DNA of 62,807 nt, filler included, from Perkinsus chesapeaki ATCC PRA-425 (taxonomy: Eukaryota > Protista > Perkinsozoa), in NCBI GenBank assembly GCA_013115145.1. It is 9 parts of 9 records of this genome, joined end to end, with 100 filler letters (N's around TTAATTAATTAA, not from the genome) between each part and the next. Parts side by side here need not be neighbours in the genome. Positions count along the whole stretch, not along the records: positions 44,031 to 47,286 come from JAAPAO010001440.1; positions 47,387 to 51,685 come from JAAPAO010001280.1; positions 51,786 to 53,421 come from JAAPAO010001852.1; positions 53,522 to 55,436 come from JAAPAO010001732.1; positions 55,537 to 62,807 come from JAAPAO010001037.1; 4 more parts are not named here. One strand, given 5' to 3'. Under the pieces are notes generated by a model. The model was given only the letters and a program-made list of their open reading frames with translations. It searched no databases and was not told the origin of the DNA. This document shows, piece by piece, positions 46,963 to 59,400 of the stretch (positions within the stretch are counted from its first letter, which is position 1; every line of letters begins with the position of its first letter). The position numbers were made by a program, and so were the translations under genes.

Positions 46963-47286
46963 TCAAAGCTCAGGACGAATCTGCTTCGCATCATAAGCAG
47001 CCCAGTCCTTGACAGGGTTGAAGTAAGCGAAGAGAGGATAAGTAAGATACAAGAGGAAGAGTACCCAAGCCATAACAGATCCCCAGAATTGAGTAGTGCT
47101 CTTGTACTTCCTGGGAATGTTATTGTTAGTCATGATAATACGACTGAGACCACTCTTCATATGGATGAAGAAAGCAATAACACCAACAAGGTAGAAGCAA
47201 ACCCAGCCGAAGCTTTCGAAGATCTGGAAGGCCATCTTATAAAGATCCTTGAAGTGAATAATGGGGCACCTGGTATCGTCATCAGC
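46963..47286 (-). CDS. C-terminal part of a succinate dehydrogenase/fumarate reductase cytochrome b558-like membrane domain (5'-truncated)
   Basis: KDLYKMAFQIFESFGWVCFYLVGVIAFFIHMKSG..KYK..YPLFAYF resembles the bacterial b558-type SdhC pattern DLY..F..W..FY......H..G. Confidence 0.55.
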   Translation of the reverse strand, partial: ADDDTRCPIIHFKDLYKMAFQIFESFGWVCFYLVGVIAFFIHMKSGLSRIIMTNNNIPRKYKSTTQFWGSVMAWVLFLLYLTYPLFAYFNPVKDWAAYDAKQIRPEL

Positions 47287-47386
47287 NNNNNNNNNNNNNN
47301 NNNNNNNNNNNNNNNNNNNNNNNNNNNNNNTTAATTAATTAANNNNNNNNNNNNNNNNNNNNNNNNNNNNNNNNNNNNNNNNNNNN

Positions 47387-50300
47387 ACTATGCTCTTCCG
47401 CCATTCGGCGATATGGCTCTATCTTATAAACTCTCAGGAACTACTCTATCCATTGCGAGAGCTCACATGATGTCGCGTGCCTCCCTCGCTGCCAGTACCT
47501 CTCCAGGTCAAGGCCTCCTACAAGCATTCTCACCGGTTAAGTACGACCCCTCCCAACCTGGGGATTTAGCTGGCGGCACGTCACTTTTGGCAAGTGTACA
47601 GTCGGAGGCGGCGCCTCCTAGCACTGCTGTGGAAGCCGGCTCTTCGACGCAGTCCTCTACACGGGTGCCGAACCTCCGGTTGCTGGGCTTTGACGTGTGT
47701 CGGCGGTGCTTTGCAAGTGGCCATCAGGCCCAAAGCTGTCAAAGCCCCAGTCCCGCGATGGTGACGGCGAGGTGCCTGTCGTGTGGTAAAGGTGGACATA
47801 CTGCTTCAGAATGCAGGCTAGCTAAAGCCCGATCCTTGACCTGTTCCAGATGCCACACCACCGGGCACCTGAGCTACGTGTGCAGAGGCCAACGGTCTGA
47901 GAAGCCGGCCGCCCCTGCCCCCGTCGGCACTGAGAATGTCCCTACGTCAACTGAGAATGCCAGCCCTAATGCTAGGTCTTCTCTCTTCGCCGTTCCCTCA
48001 GAGAGCCTTCCACCCTCTTCATCGGTCACCCTTGCTCCGGCCAAGGTCAGCTGGCTGGCTACAGTCATGTGCCCCTCCGTGCTCCATGGCCTGGACTGCG
48101 AAGATGTGGCTCACGAGCCTCTCAGGGTCGACTTGGAACTGGTTTCTATCGAAGGTCAAGATTGTCCTTTAAAGGTGTCGACCATGCTGGATACGGGTGC
48201 GGCAAGGAGTTTCATCTCGGCAGACTATCGTACCCAGTTACCTCCATCTTTCGTCAGCGAGTCTCGCAGAGTATGCGCTGCTGCCATCCTTGCTAACGGC
48301 CAGGTCATGTCATGTACAGAGGCGGTACGGCTAGCTGTCCACACACCTCACACATCGTTGCCGACTTCCCTCTGGTGCCTGGTGGCCCCCCAGCTCTCCT
48401 GCCCCCTGATACTGGGAATGGGTGCTTTGAGGTCTCTGAACCTACTCGTTTACCTAGGCCGAGATGGTATCCTACTCAAGTCTGGAGTAGACTCCGCCAG
48501 AGTCCGCAATGCGCCCCTCGGCTCAGTTACTCATCGCCAAGATGCTGGTATACAGACGGAGACAACTAACCTCAGCTGTGTCACCAGTGCTGCTGCATCG
48601 AGCTGCGAAAAGGATTCGGCCCCTTTAGAATCTGCTCTCTTTCATGAGTTCTGGTGTGGGCGACCTTCACCCGAGCATCTCCTAGACATTCAGCTTTGCT
48701 CGATTGCTACCCCGGTTGGGGACTCGCAACCTCCACCCGGGGTCAGCCCTCTATTTCGTGGTCTTACCCCATCACCACACTGCTATAGAGATGGGTTGAC
48801 AAGGATGGCCTTGCGCTACACTTACGGCGTCCCTTGGCTAACCGACGTCAGAATGCCTACACTAACGCCTACCTTGCTGCAGCGCCATCTCTCTAGAGAC
48901 ATCGCCTTGGTCAAGCGCCTCAAAACTCAGGAACTCTATGCGGAGTATGCGGCTGTGTTTCAGAGGTATCTGGACACCGGTGCTATCTCTGTGGTTCCCC
49001 GTTCGGATTATGGCCTGGTGCTTTCTGTCATTCCTCACTTCCCGGTGATAGCTCCTGGTTCTGTTTCGACGAAGGTTCGGCCGGTGCTCAATGGAGTGGT
49101 ATACCGGGGCATCATTGGCAGTGGAAGGGAGGACTTGCCAGCTCGCAAGAAATACCTCAACGGTACCCTTCCTGCGCTCTTTACATTCAGAGGCTTTGCC
49201 GCTGTTGCGACCATTGACCTCACTATGGCCTTCTACCAACTAATGAACGAACCCTCTGCTCGTTTCCTGTTCTGCGTGGTCTTCGCNNNNNNNNNNNNNN
49301 NNNNNNNNNNNNNNNNNNNNNNNNNNNNNNNNNNNNNNNNNNNNNNNNNNNNNNNNNNNNNNNNNNNNNNNNNNNNNNNNNNNATCACATACTGGCTATG
49401 CGCTTATGTTTGCGGGCCGAGCTGCAGATTGACCCCAATCTGGATTCTTTTATCACTGCTGATACCTATTGGTCAGTACGAGGATGCATGGAGGCCTTCC
49501 GCGAGGCTCCCCGCATTCCTCGCATCATCAGCCCCGCTATCGGAGCTGGCGAGCCCCTCTACGTGTTCTGTGACAGTTCAATGATGGCTACCGGAGTGGT
49601 TATAACTACTGCGACCCTCATTCCCCTCCGCGCTCAGGCTCGTCTAATCTCCACGGATAGGGCATCATGGACGATCGTCAAGAAGGAACTACTTTCGGTG
49701 TTGGAGGGCGTAGACCTGTTCTTCGAGACCTTGGATATCCTGCACAACTCCTGGTTAACTCCTGGTGCCAAGCCCACACTACACGTCTTCTCCGACAACG
49801 AAGCTAATTGTTGGAGGATCCGTCGTGCGCTCCGTCGCCTGAGGCTTGACTCCGGCGTAGTGGCACGATCCAAGGATTCTGCGTTCAAAGATCAAGAGTT
49901 TGCCATTGGTGGTGACTCCGGCAGTGGTAGTGTTCCTGTCAGCAGCGCTAGGGCTTCGTCTGTGGATGCCAAGCTGCCGCCTTGGGAAAGGAAGACCGTT
50001 GACTCTGTTGCTAGGAGACTGTTCGACTATGGCCCGGCGGAGATGACCCATATCCGTGGTGACAGCAATCCCGCTGATATGTACAGCAGAGGACTTCATG
50101 TGGGTGCTCTTCACTTGGATTCCGACCTCAAGCATTATGTGCAATCTCTGCTTCCTGCCACTGGCAGTTCGTTAGCTGTGGTCTCTTCCGATGACGCGCC
50201 CACAGATGTACTGGATGGTGCATTTGTCATCGAAGAGTCTACGGGAAGTCCCGCTGGGGAACTCTCCCCGAGCAGTGCCCCAGCCCACGGAGAGCCTACA

Positions 50301-51685
50301 AACTTCTCACCTTCTGCAACAAGTGCTCCCTCCGCTGCAACATCAGGTGCAACCGGTTCCGCTTCTGCTGCGGCCGGCGGTCCTTCAGCTACAGACAGTT
50401 GTGTCGACGGTCGGTTGATAGAGGAGATGATCAGTCGTCAATCAGAGGACCCCCAGTTGCAGAAGGGCTTACTTACTGGTCACTTCGACACGGCTCGCGA
50501 AAATCGGATGTTCTGTGTCAAGTCTGTCAACGGTAAGTCCGCGGTTTACCATGTGCCTACCGGCGCTGTGGTTGTGCCTGGCCATCTTCGTATGAGGGTG
50601 TTGCAGGACCTACATTGCCTTTTCGGCCATATATCCTATTCTAAGTTGTACCTGGCGGTAAGCGATCTCTTGTTCATCGGTAAGTACAAGGATTATCGTC
50701 GAGCCCAACTTCGGTGCCGAACCTGCCTGGCTCTGCGTGGCCACCGAACCTTACACCACCAAGCGGGCAGGCGTAAGCTTCTGAAGTCTGAGAAAGGTTG
50801 GGAAGTGGTGGGCCTCGATTTTGTGGGTCCCTACCGGTCCTTCGCTCAGACTGGTGATCCACGGTCGATGGTATTGGTGTGTGTAGACTCCTTCAGTAAC
50901 TTCGTGTGCTGTGAGTACTGTCCTGACGGTGCTTCCGAGGTCTCCACATTGCGAGCTATCCAAACCATTTGCTACCGCACTGGCTTCCCGTTAGCCTTTG
51001 TTGTTGATTCTGACTCTCGGTTCAAGAGTCGGTTGGTAACGAGTTGGTTGGAGGGCCACGGGGTAAAGCTGTTCCACGTGGTTCCGCATTGTCACCGATA
51101 CTCCGGCTGGCAAGAAATAATCCACCGATCGCTGTGGCGTGTGGTTAGGGCCTTGATGTTGGACGACGTCTACTCTAAGCCTTGGTATCTTTATATGAAC
51201 AGAGCTGCATTCATACTCAATAATATCACGAGGCCCACGTCGGACTGTAGCACATTTGCCTCGATGCTGCATTACTGTCATGGTCGGCTATTGCCCCCCA
51301 AGTTCTCGGACCGTCAGCCTTCGGAGTCTGCTAAGGAGTTTGCTAGTGGTCTTACTGGTGCCGTTATACCTACCAATGACCAGGAGTTTGATCAGTACTT
51401 GTATGAACATCAACTTGAAGCAGTGGATCTCTTCCAGCATGTCCTTGCAGAGAATGTCTCTCGTGTCCTATCGGCTCGGTCATCTCTTGCGGGACAACCG
51501 GCCACGAGGAGAAATCTTGATGTGGACTTCAACGTTGGAGACGTCGTCGTTAGGTTCAACCACAATTCTACCCACTACAAGCTGGAACCTGCATGGCTGA
51601 TTGATGACTTATACCGAATCGTGTCCATCGAATCCGGCCACGTAGCGGTAATTGAAGGAAAGACTAAGCGGCGCGAGTTCCTCGG
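47387..51685 (+). mobile_element. BEL/Pao-like LTR retrotransposon internal region, single gag-pol frame; both ends truncated and the RT core falls in an N gap
   Basis: Three CX2CX4HX4C knuckles; protease LDTGAARSFI. RT YAAVFQRYLDTGAI..VIPHFPV..STKVRPV..FTFR..IDLTMAFYQL. RNase H YVFCDSS..KKELLS..FSDN..HIRGDSNPADMYSRG. Integrase H-x3-GH..CRTC, LDFVGP, DSDSRF, WQEIIHR. Confidence 0.9.
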
Positions 51686-51785
51686 NNNNNNNNNNNNNNN
51701 NNNNNNNNNNNNNNNNNNNNNNNNNNNNNTTAATTAATTAANNNNNNNNNNNNNNNNNNNNNNNNNNNNNNNNNNNNNNNNNNNN

Positions 51786-53421
51786 TGAAGGTAGTAGGCG
51801 ATAGCAAATCTGCTCTAGCTTGGGCTAGAGATAATCGGATTAATGTCCGTAGTGTCGAGCGACTTGCTATTCGTCGGATGCTTAACACGTTAGATGATAT
51901 ACGTGCGATTTTTGATCGTATGAATGTCCGTCTAGAATTTGTCAAGGTCCCGGGTTCAGCGAACTCTGGTGCAGATTCCCTGAGTAGGCTTCCAATCGAA
52001 TGGAAAGTACTGCCTATTCATGAAGGTTCACAACAGAGCTTGACATCTTCGTCTGCTGCTCTTGCTTTGGTTGCCGCTGTTAACCAGACGGATGATTCTA
52101 CTTTGAAGAACGGTGCTCAAGAAGTCTGCCAGTCATTGATAAATGGTGATTCATCAGCAGTGGTTAAGTGGCTTCTGTCCTTGCAAAGCAACGATCCTTT
52201 TATTGATGGTATCAAGAAGTTGCTCGCTAAGGAAAAGAAAGATGTGTATCTTGAGCGGTTGCTAAAAGATCAAGGTCGATTGTATCAACTTAATCGGCTA
52301 GGTTTGGTGGTCGAATGTAAGTTCCTGGACGAACCTAATTCGGTAGCGAGATTTCGTGTATTATTGCCTGGTGACCCTGAGATTCTCTCCAAGTTCGCCC
52401 GGTACTATCATGAGACCAATTCCCATTGTTCCTTGCGGTATGTTACTTATTTGTTTACTCGTGATTTCCATGCTCCCAACTTCAAGCAAGTCGCACGATC
52501 TGTAATTCGTGGTTGTGCCCCGTGTGTTGAGAAACGGGTGAAGTTGGCTTCGTCCGGAGGCTTACAGTCATATGGCCGGTCTACCTCTGACTTATCTGGT
52601 GTTTGGTCTACTGTGTATGCCGACACAGCTGATATGCTGATTAAGGATAGGTTTGGTTTCCGCTATTTATTGGTTGTGGTGGATTCTCTTTGTGGCTTCT
52701 GTTGGTTATCGCCTTTAAAGTCTCTTGATGCTCCGGAGCTGGTTCGAATGATTACTTCTTTTTGTGACCGTATTGGTTGGCCCCGTAAGTTTATTAGTGA
52801 TGGTGGCCGTAATTTTGTTGCCAAATTGACGAAGGATATGTTCCGTACTCAAGGTGTGATTCAGGAATTTGTGCCTCGTTATTCGGCTTTCGCTAATGGT
52901 CGAGCAGAGAGATGCATTGGTAGCGTGAAGGCTAAGTTTCAGACGCTAACACGTTCTCAGAAGAAAGAATGGTCGGTTCACATTCCAGCTATCAATAAGA
53001 GTATCAACTTGAGTCCCTTACCTACCGGTCTAACTGCATTCGATATTTTCTTTCAGCGTTCTTATGATAGTCCGTTGTCTAGAAAAATTCACTCTGTTAA
53101 CGATTTGGTTCTGGACAAAGAGCTGAAGGCGGAGGAAGTTGTATCGAGAACACCCCCCAAAAGCTTCAAGGTTGGTGATTTGGTCAGAAGATCTAATAAG
53201 GAGGCTAATGATAATTCAGTATACGAGGTTATTAGTGTAAATAATCGTAGTGTTGATGTTCGCCGTAAAGGCGATAATACTAGTTTGCCCGTAAAAGAGC
53301 ATGTTAGGAACCTCGTGCTTGCTCAAAGTTGAGGATCAACTGGGGGAGGTGTGAAGGATTGTGTATTCTGTCCCCTTATAGATTCCTTATAGATTTGCTC
53401 CATAGCTCCTTTAGCTGTGTT
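51786..53421 (+). mobile_element. 3' end of a second LTR retrotransposon: RNase H end, integrase, PPT and start of the 3' LTR
   Basis: Frame open from the contig edge: GDSKSALAW..VPGSANSGADSLSR, H-x4-H..CAPC, DTAD, ISDGG, NGRAER; stop at 53332. PPT GGGGGAGG at 53342-53349 followed by TG at 53350. Confidence 0.88.
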
Positions 53422-53796
53422 NNNNNNNNNNNNNNNNNNNNNNNNNNNNNNNNNNNNNNNNNNNNTTAATTAATTAANNNNNNNNNNNNNNNNNNNNNNN
53501 NNNNNNNNNNNNNNNNNNNNNAGTTTGTACCAGTTTAACTGCGTACGAGTTTGGCTATGTACCAGCTTGCACTGTACGATATGATACTCACCCCCTTGCC
53601 CTGTCAGATGGACCTTATACCACTAGAGCAATCAGTCTACACAATTCAATGCCGCATAGAATCAATATTAATCCCCCAAAAAGTGCTAATCGCTTTGCCG
53701 AACAGACAAAGTTTGCCAGTTATGTAGCCTCTGGGAATTGAGCGCTCAACCTCTGGATTAACAAACTAGTGATCTCCCTACTGAACTGAGGAAAAT

Positions 53797-55022
53797 TCGC
53801 ATGAGTGTACGAGCCATCGGGTGTACGAGTTCGACGAGTACGAAATCAAACTGAACCAAATCTTCGTGTACGACAGTCATATGAGCGAGATTTTTGTGTA
53901 CTACTCGGCCCTGTACCTATTTTTGGTGTATCACATCTCGTCGACAGAGATTTGAGAGTACGGGAATATGGTGTACCAGTTAAAGGTCAAAAAGTCCGTG
54001 TACGAGTTTCATGTACACCCCCTCGGTTCGTACATTTTTGTTTCGTGCATGGTATGTTTCCTCCATGAGTATTTCATACACTTCGGTGTTCGTACACTTT
54101 TTTTCGTACATGCTCGTTTCGTACAAAACTGTTCCGTACTTGCGGCAAGTAACTTGCCGTTTCATACAATTATGCTCCAACTCGGCTTGCTGGATCCATG
54201 AGCGATTCGTACACAAAGTTCGTACGCTTTTGTTCACCTACTGTTGGGCTCTTGGGTTGTTCTGTTTCGGCTAGACATGCACCTGATTTCGTTCGAGTTA
54301 GCTTCAACTTACCACATCATCAATATTAACTGGGATAGCCAGGCTAGTAGAATGCATCAAGTGGTGTTCAGGAATTTTGGGGAAGTAGTTAATGGGATGT
54401 GTTTACCAAACACATCCCGTTCTGGTCTGGACTCGGGACAGACCTGCGCAAGTTCGAATCCCGAAGGGAGAAAGTAATGCTTACCGGCTGATTCAAGTGC
54501 TAAATCGTCAAAATGAAATTCAATTGCAGCAGTCGTAACACGGTTGTCCTCACTATACGAAAAGTTTGTGTATGGATCGCGATTGTGCGAACCGAGCGAA
54601 AAATCACCTAAATTGTATGAAAGAATCGTATACGAAACGAACGTAAACTCAACATCTTTGTCTGAAACGCTCATGTATGAAAAACACTTGTCCGAATAGT
54701 ACGTGTACGAAAATATTGTGGACGAAACAATCATTTTTTGCACGAAAAGATTTTGTCCGAACTGCACCTTGTATGAAATAATTTTGGATGAAACATACCA
54801 TGTACGAAGCGATCGTGTACGAACCGCGGTACACCCGGAGAATAAGGTCACTCGGGTCATTTTACCGAGACCGAGTACTCGGGTTTTTGGCAAAAACCCG
54901 AGTACTCGGTCTCGGCAAAAACTTTTTGCTTGGGATTATGAACGCACTTTAACTCGCATTCTAACCCGAGGTCAGAAAACGACGTTTTCCGAGTACTTGG
55001 ACTCGGAAAATCGAGCACTTTA
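53797..55022. mobile_element. Putative non-autonomous DNA-transposon remnant(s) with arrays of short subterminal-like motifs
   Basis: Dense GTACGA/TCGTAC motifs that switch orientation near 54015 and recur forward at 54630-54830; CCGAGTACTCGG motifs at 54871-55005. No ORF with a domain; TIR and TSD not identified. Confidence 0.45.
54865..54915. repeat. Perfect palindrome, 25-bp arms, 1-nt centre
   Basis: CCGAGACCGAGTACTCGGGTTTTTG-G-CAAAAACCCGAGTACTCGGTCTCGG. Confidence 0.95.
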
Positions 55023-55403
55023 ACCGCCAGGGAGCACCGTTAATTAACGGTTCACTAGTAGTGAACCGTCTTCTCACCAGATTGGCTCCAGGTCCAAGGC
55101 CGCTGGACTGCCCTTCCGCGGGCTCTGGGCTCCAACTTCGGGGATCGGCACGCACCCGCCCGGTAGGAGGAGCTAGCGAGTAGAGAAATACTGAACCGGC
55201 GATGTACCTCGAGCATTTTATCTCTCAGCACGGTGGAAGGCCTCGCCTAAATAGTTGGGTGTTGGCAGAAAGGCGCCGATGGCCCGAGAAAGAGTGAAGC
55301 AGTGTTGCTGCAGTATGGGAATCGAAAAACGCGGTTCATTCACTCCGCCTAACCTTCCGCATTATGCCTCGTGCATGACTATCGGGATACATAGAAAGCT
55401 ACC

Positions 55404-55436
55404 CACCTCGGGCGGGGCTCGAACCCGCGGCCACGG
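55404..55436 (-). tRNA. 3' half of a tRNA gene cut by the gap; isotype not determinable
   Basis: Perfect T-arm GCGGG-TTCGAGC-CCCGC followed by a 7-nt acceptor strand CCGAGGT. Confidence 0.6.
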
Positions 55437-55536
55437 NNNNNNNNNNNNNNNNNNNNNNNNNNNNNNNNNNNNNNNNNNNNTTAATTAATTAANNNNNNNN
55501 NNNNNNNNNNNNNNNNNNNNNNNNNNNNNNNNNNNN

Positions 55537-56050
55537 TAGCTTGTATTTTATTTATATTCCCATATTTATATTTTAATATATATCTTTTCCAATGATATTG
55601 TATTATACTAGCTGCAACATCCTCTAGTTTATTATCATCATTGTATAATAGAGATAAACATCTAGTATTATATAACACAATTATTATTATTTCCTATTCT
55701 TACTTTTTCTTTATCTTATCAACATTCACTTTATCTCTAATAATAATTTAATAATATATAATATATAATTACTACTTTAATATATTATTAAGATTATATC
55801 TAATACTATCCTTATCATTATATATAATCCATTTATTCGGATATGGTGATAATCCTCCTTTTATATTACCACCTATTACAATAATCTCATACCACTCTTT
55901 CATATAATACTTTACCATTATTGGATAACTTCCTATATGCATATAACTTTGGTGCTGGACAATGATTTCCTAACTTACCCTTCATAATCTACGACTACCC
56001 ACTTGACATAGGGTGCCCCACATTTCCATCAAATCGATTAGAATGGCGAG
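55537..56050 (-). CDS. Partial AT-rich multi-exon gene with an IQ-like motif
   Basis: Exons RHSNRFDGNVGHP, GNHCPAPKLYAY, GGNIKGGLSPYPNKW, then VAASIIQYHWKRY (IQxxxKxY) at the contig edge. Confidence 0.4.
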
Positions 56051-56449
56051 CGCTATAATAAAGGACGCAGTGACGCCTATGATGATGAGCTTACATTGAG
56101 CATATTCTCATTATTATTATCTTGTAAATGTTATCAAAATGCTATCGTAAGAAATATTTATTAACACAATATCATACGTTAGGAACATCATCAATAAGTG
56201 AATGGCATATCAAAGCAATAAATGATATAAAAGAAATGTTAATATTATATAAGTAAGTATATAAGTCTTAATGTTTAATGTATATTATTAAATAGGGATA
56301 ATAATAATATTACTGATATATCTCGTATAATAGAATCGATAATAAATTTAGAATCATTACCACATAAGAATGCACTTATAGGATCACCCTTTCTAAGTGA
56401 CATATTATCAAAGGTAATAATACCTAATAATATTATTAATAATATAATT

Positions 56450-59400
56450 AGATTAATAAAGATGGTATAGTATTATCTAATAATGATGCTATTATATCGT
56501 TAAAAGCTCTTAATTATATTATACCTGATACTGATGCTAGTGGTGGTCATTGTATTGATTTAATAAAAAAGGTGTATAATAGAATAGATCCATATAAATC
56601 AATAAATAAGTAATATATGTGGTATTAGTATTATTAATGTTGATAATGACAGGTCAATAGATATGATCAATAATGAAATATATGATATAATACATATAAT
56701 AAGTAATAGACAAAATAAATATATTGTAAAACATTTATATAATGATAATACTATTTTATTACAAAGATTAATAAATAGATTACTGGATAATGAAGTAATA
56801 TAATTGTTGATAATGCATAATAATAATTTGTGGAATAGATTAATATTAATAATCTAATACATTTAAGAAGAGATATATGGAAATTAAGATGTAGTAAAGA
56901 TATCATTAATAATATCGATAGTGTAGTAAATATTATATATAATTGATATATTATTATTAATAGTAGGTTATTATTAATAGATTAAATAATAAGAATAAGT
57001 TAGATTATGATACATCAATATCAGTCATAGAATATGTAATAACGCGAATAAGTTATTGATCATTTATAGAATATTTAGGCAATTGAAACTGGATATGATA
57101 TTAAGAATACATTACCTTGTGTAAATGATATTATGAATATATTATTATATGACAATAATTTAATGGTTATGAAGGATATCAATAATTATTGTAGATTATA
57201 TTCAACGATACTACTACATATTAGTAAGAGTAGTAATACGTTTATTGAATATCATCTATTGGGAATATTACAATTCACAACAAATAATATAATTAAGAAT
57301 AAAAAAGAGTAAGTAGAGACATGAGTGTTGTTATTATTACTATATTAATAATGATAATAATAGGCTTACATTACCTAATGTTATTATGCTAATCGATGCA
57401 TTAAATGATATTAATATACGTATAATTGGAAATATAAATAAAGAAGGTAGTGGTGTTAATAAAAAGATATTACCTTATGTATATAATATGCTTGATAATA
57501 TCCAAGATAATGTAATAAGTAATATATTATTATATAATCTATTAATTATTATTAGATATTATCAAATATTAATAAATTACCATCAGTTCAATTAGAAAGT
57601 ATATTAAATATATATCTACCAATGATCATTAATCATAGAAAGATGATGACTGTTACTGGTACTACTACTGCTACTACTGTTAATATCATCAGCAGTGGTT
57701 CATCATATGATAATATAGATAACCTAATAATAAGACCTATTAACGATTTAATGGCCGCTTTATTACATACAATAAGATTAAGAGGTAAAGAATTACGTTT
57801 ATCATCATTAATACAAGCATTATCATCATTATCAATAACATGCTCAGGTAATATAATATATTATTATTATAAACATAATTGTCATTAGGTGAAGATTTAT
57901 TAACAATAGATGAACGTAATGCATTAAAAGAAGCATTAAATGATTTATTTAACATATCATCATCATCCTGCTCGTCCTCTTCGTCATGTTCATATGATGT
58001 TATTATTAATAATAATTTAACATCAAAGGAGGCAATTGAACTATTATGTGATAATATCTAATTTAATATATCTAATAAATATATAATAGTATTAGGTATA
58101 CTATACGAGAATGGATTGGCTACTACCTCCTACTCCTCCTATCCGAGTAGTAATATTAAAAATAATAAATCCGAAAGATATATTAGTAATATATTACGGG
58201 AATATATAAAGAAAGAATATAATAATAATAATTCGCTACTTAAAGAATGTCCGATAAATACGTTATCAAGTAATAATAAGATATATTATAAATATTATTA
58301 ATATATCTATTAGGAATATTAAGATGTAAAGATGTCTTCGATGATAATGACGCTGTTCACGGTGGTGGTAGTATTGGTGTTACTGCTGATGCTGCTGCTC
58401 ATCCGCCTTCATCATCTTCGTCCATTCCAGCTAATATATTAAATGATATAATAAGATCACATCGTTTATTAAAGGCACCATTATATGAAAGTATTAATAA
58501 TATATTATTTATTGATTATTATTATGTTAGAAATGGATCTATTAGCATCAGTATTACAATCATCACCAGATAATGATTATATCATCAAAGAGTTATCATC
58601 AATAATATTTAATGATAATAGTAATAATATTAAATAATAATTATATTATATAATAATTTTTATATTAGCCCATATAACAGTTAAAGAATATTATAATGTA
58701 TTAAATATATTATCATCAATATTATCAAATAATGTTATAGTAACCTGTAATAGTTATATTAATAATATAATATTATCTAATACTATACGGGTAATAATAA
58801 TAAGGTGTAAGCTGATGATGGTGGTGGTGGTTAATATATATTATTAATAATAGGTTATTATACCAATGATTGAATATTGTAATACTGATGCATTAGTAAA
58901 TCTGTTAACATTATTATCACATAAAAGAGCTTTATTACCATTACTACCAGCAACAACAAGAAGCAGCAGAGGAGGAGGAGGGGCGAAGGATGAGGATAAT
59001 AATATAAGGTGCTATAATAATACTATTATAGTTATTAATAATATATATTATTATTATTATTATTATTGTTAGATTATATTCACCAATAAATATAATTGGT
59101 AATACTATTATTAAATATTTAAATACATCAATACATGATATAAATGAATTAACAACATTAACTAATATAATGAAAGCATTGTCAAATCTTAATTGGTAGT
59201 ATTATTATTTAATGTCTATTATCATGTACTTATAATGATTATGGTAGTATTATTATTAGTAGGTATGATACATTATGTGTAACATTGTTGATGAGACAAT
59301 GTAATAATGTATCATTAACATTACAATCTCCAAATGATATAATACATTTAGTAATAATTATATTATTATTATTTTGGTTGTTATTGGTTTATTATTTAGG

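Noticed and set aside
51730-51945. ORFs that run into N runs and end in LIN or N (also 55255-55488, 55481-55678, 49398-51737 end, 61148-61538)
   Set aside because: The ends are produced by the linker or gap, not by real stops.
47387-53421. The two adjacent LTR fragments as one element, or any gene neighbourhood across TTAATTAATTAA spacers
   Set aside because: The spacers are artificial joins, and both fragments carry their own integrase.
53797-54830. CRISPR-like array (also considered for the 30-bp and 25-bp repeats)
   Set aside because: No constant-length repeat/unique-spacer alternation, no cas genes, and the context is eukaryotic.
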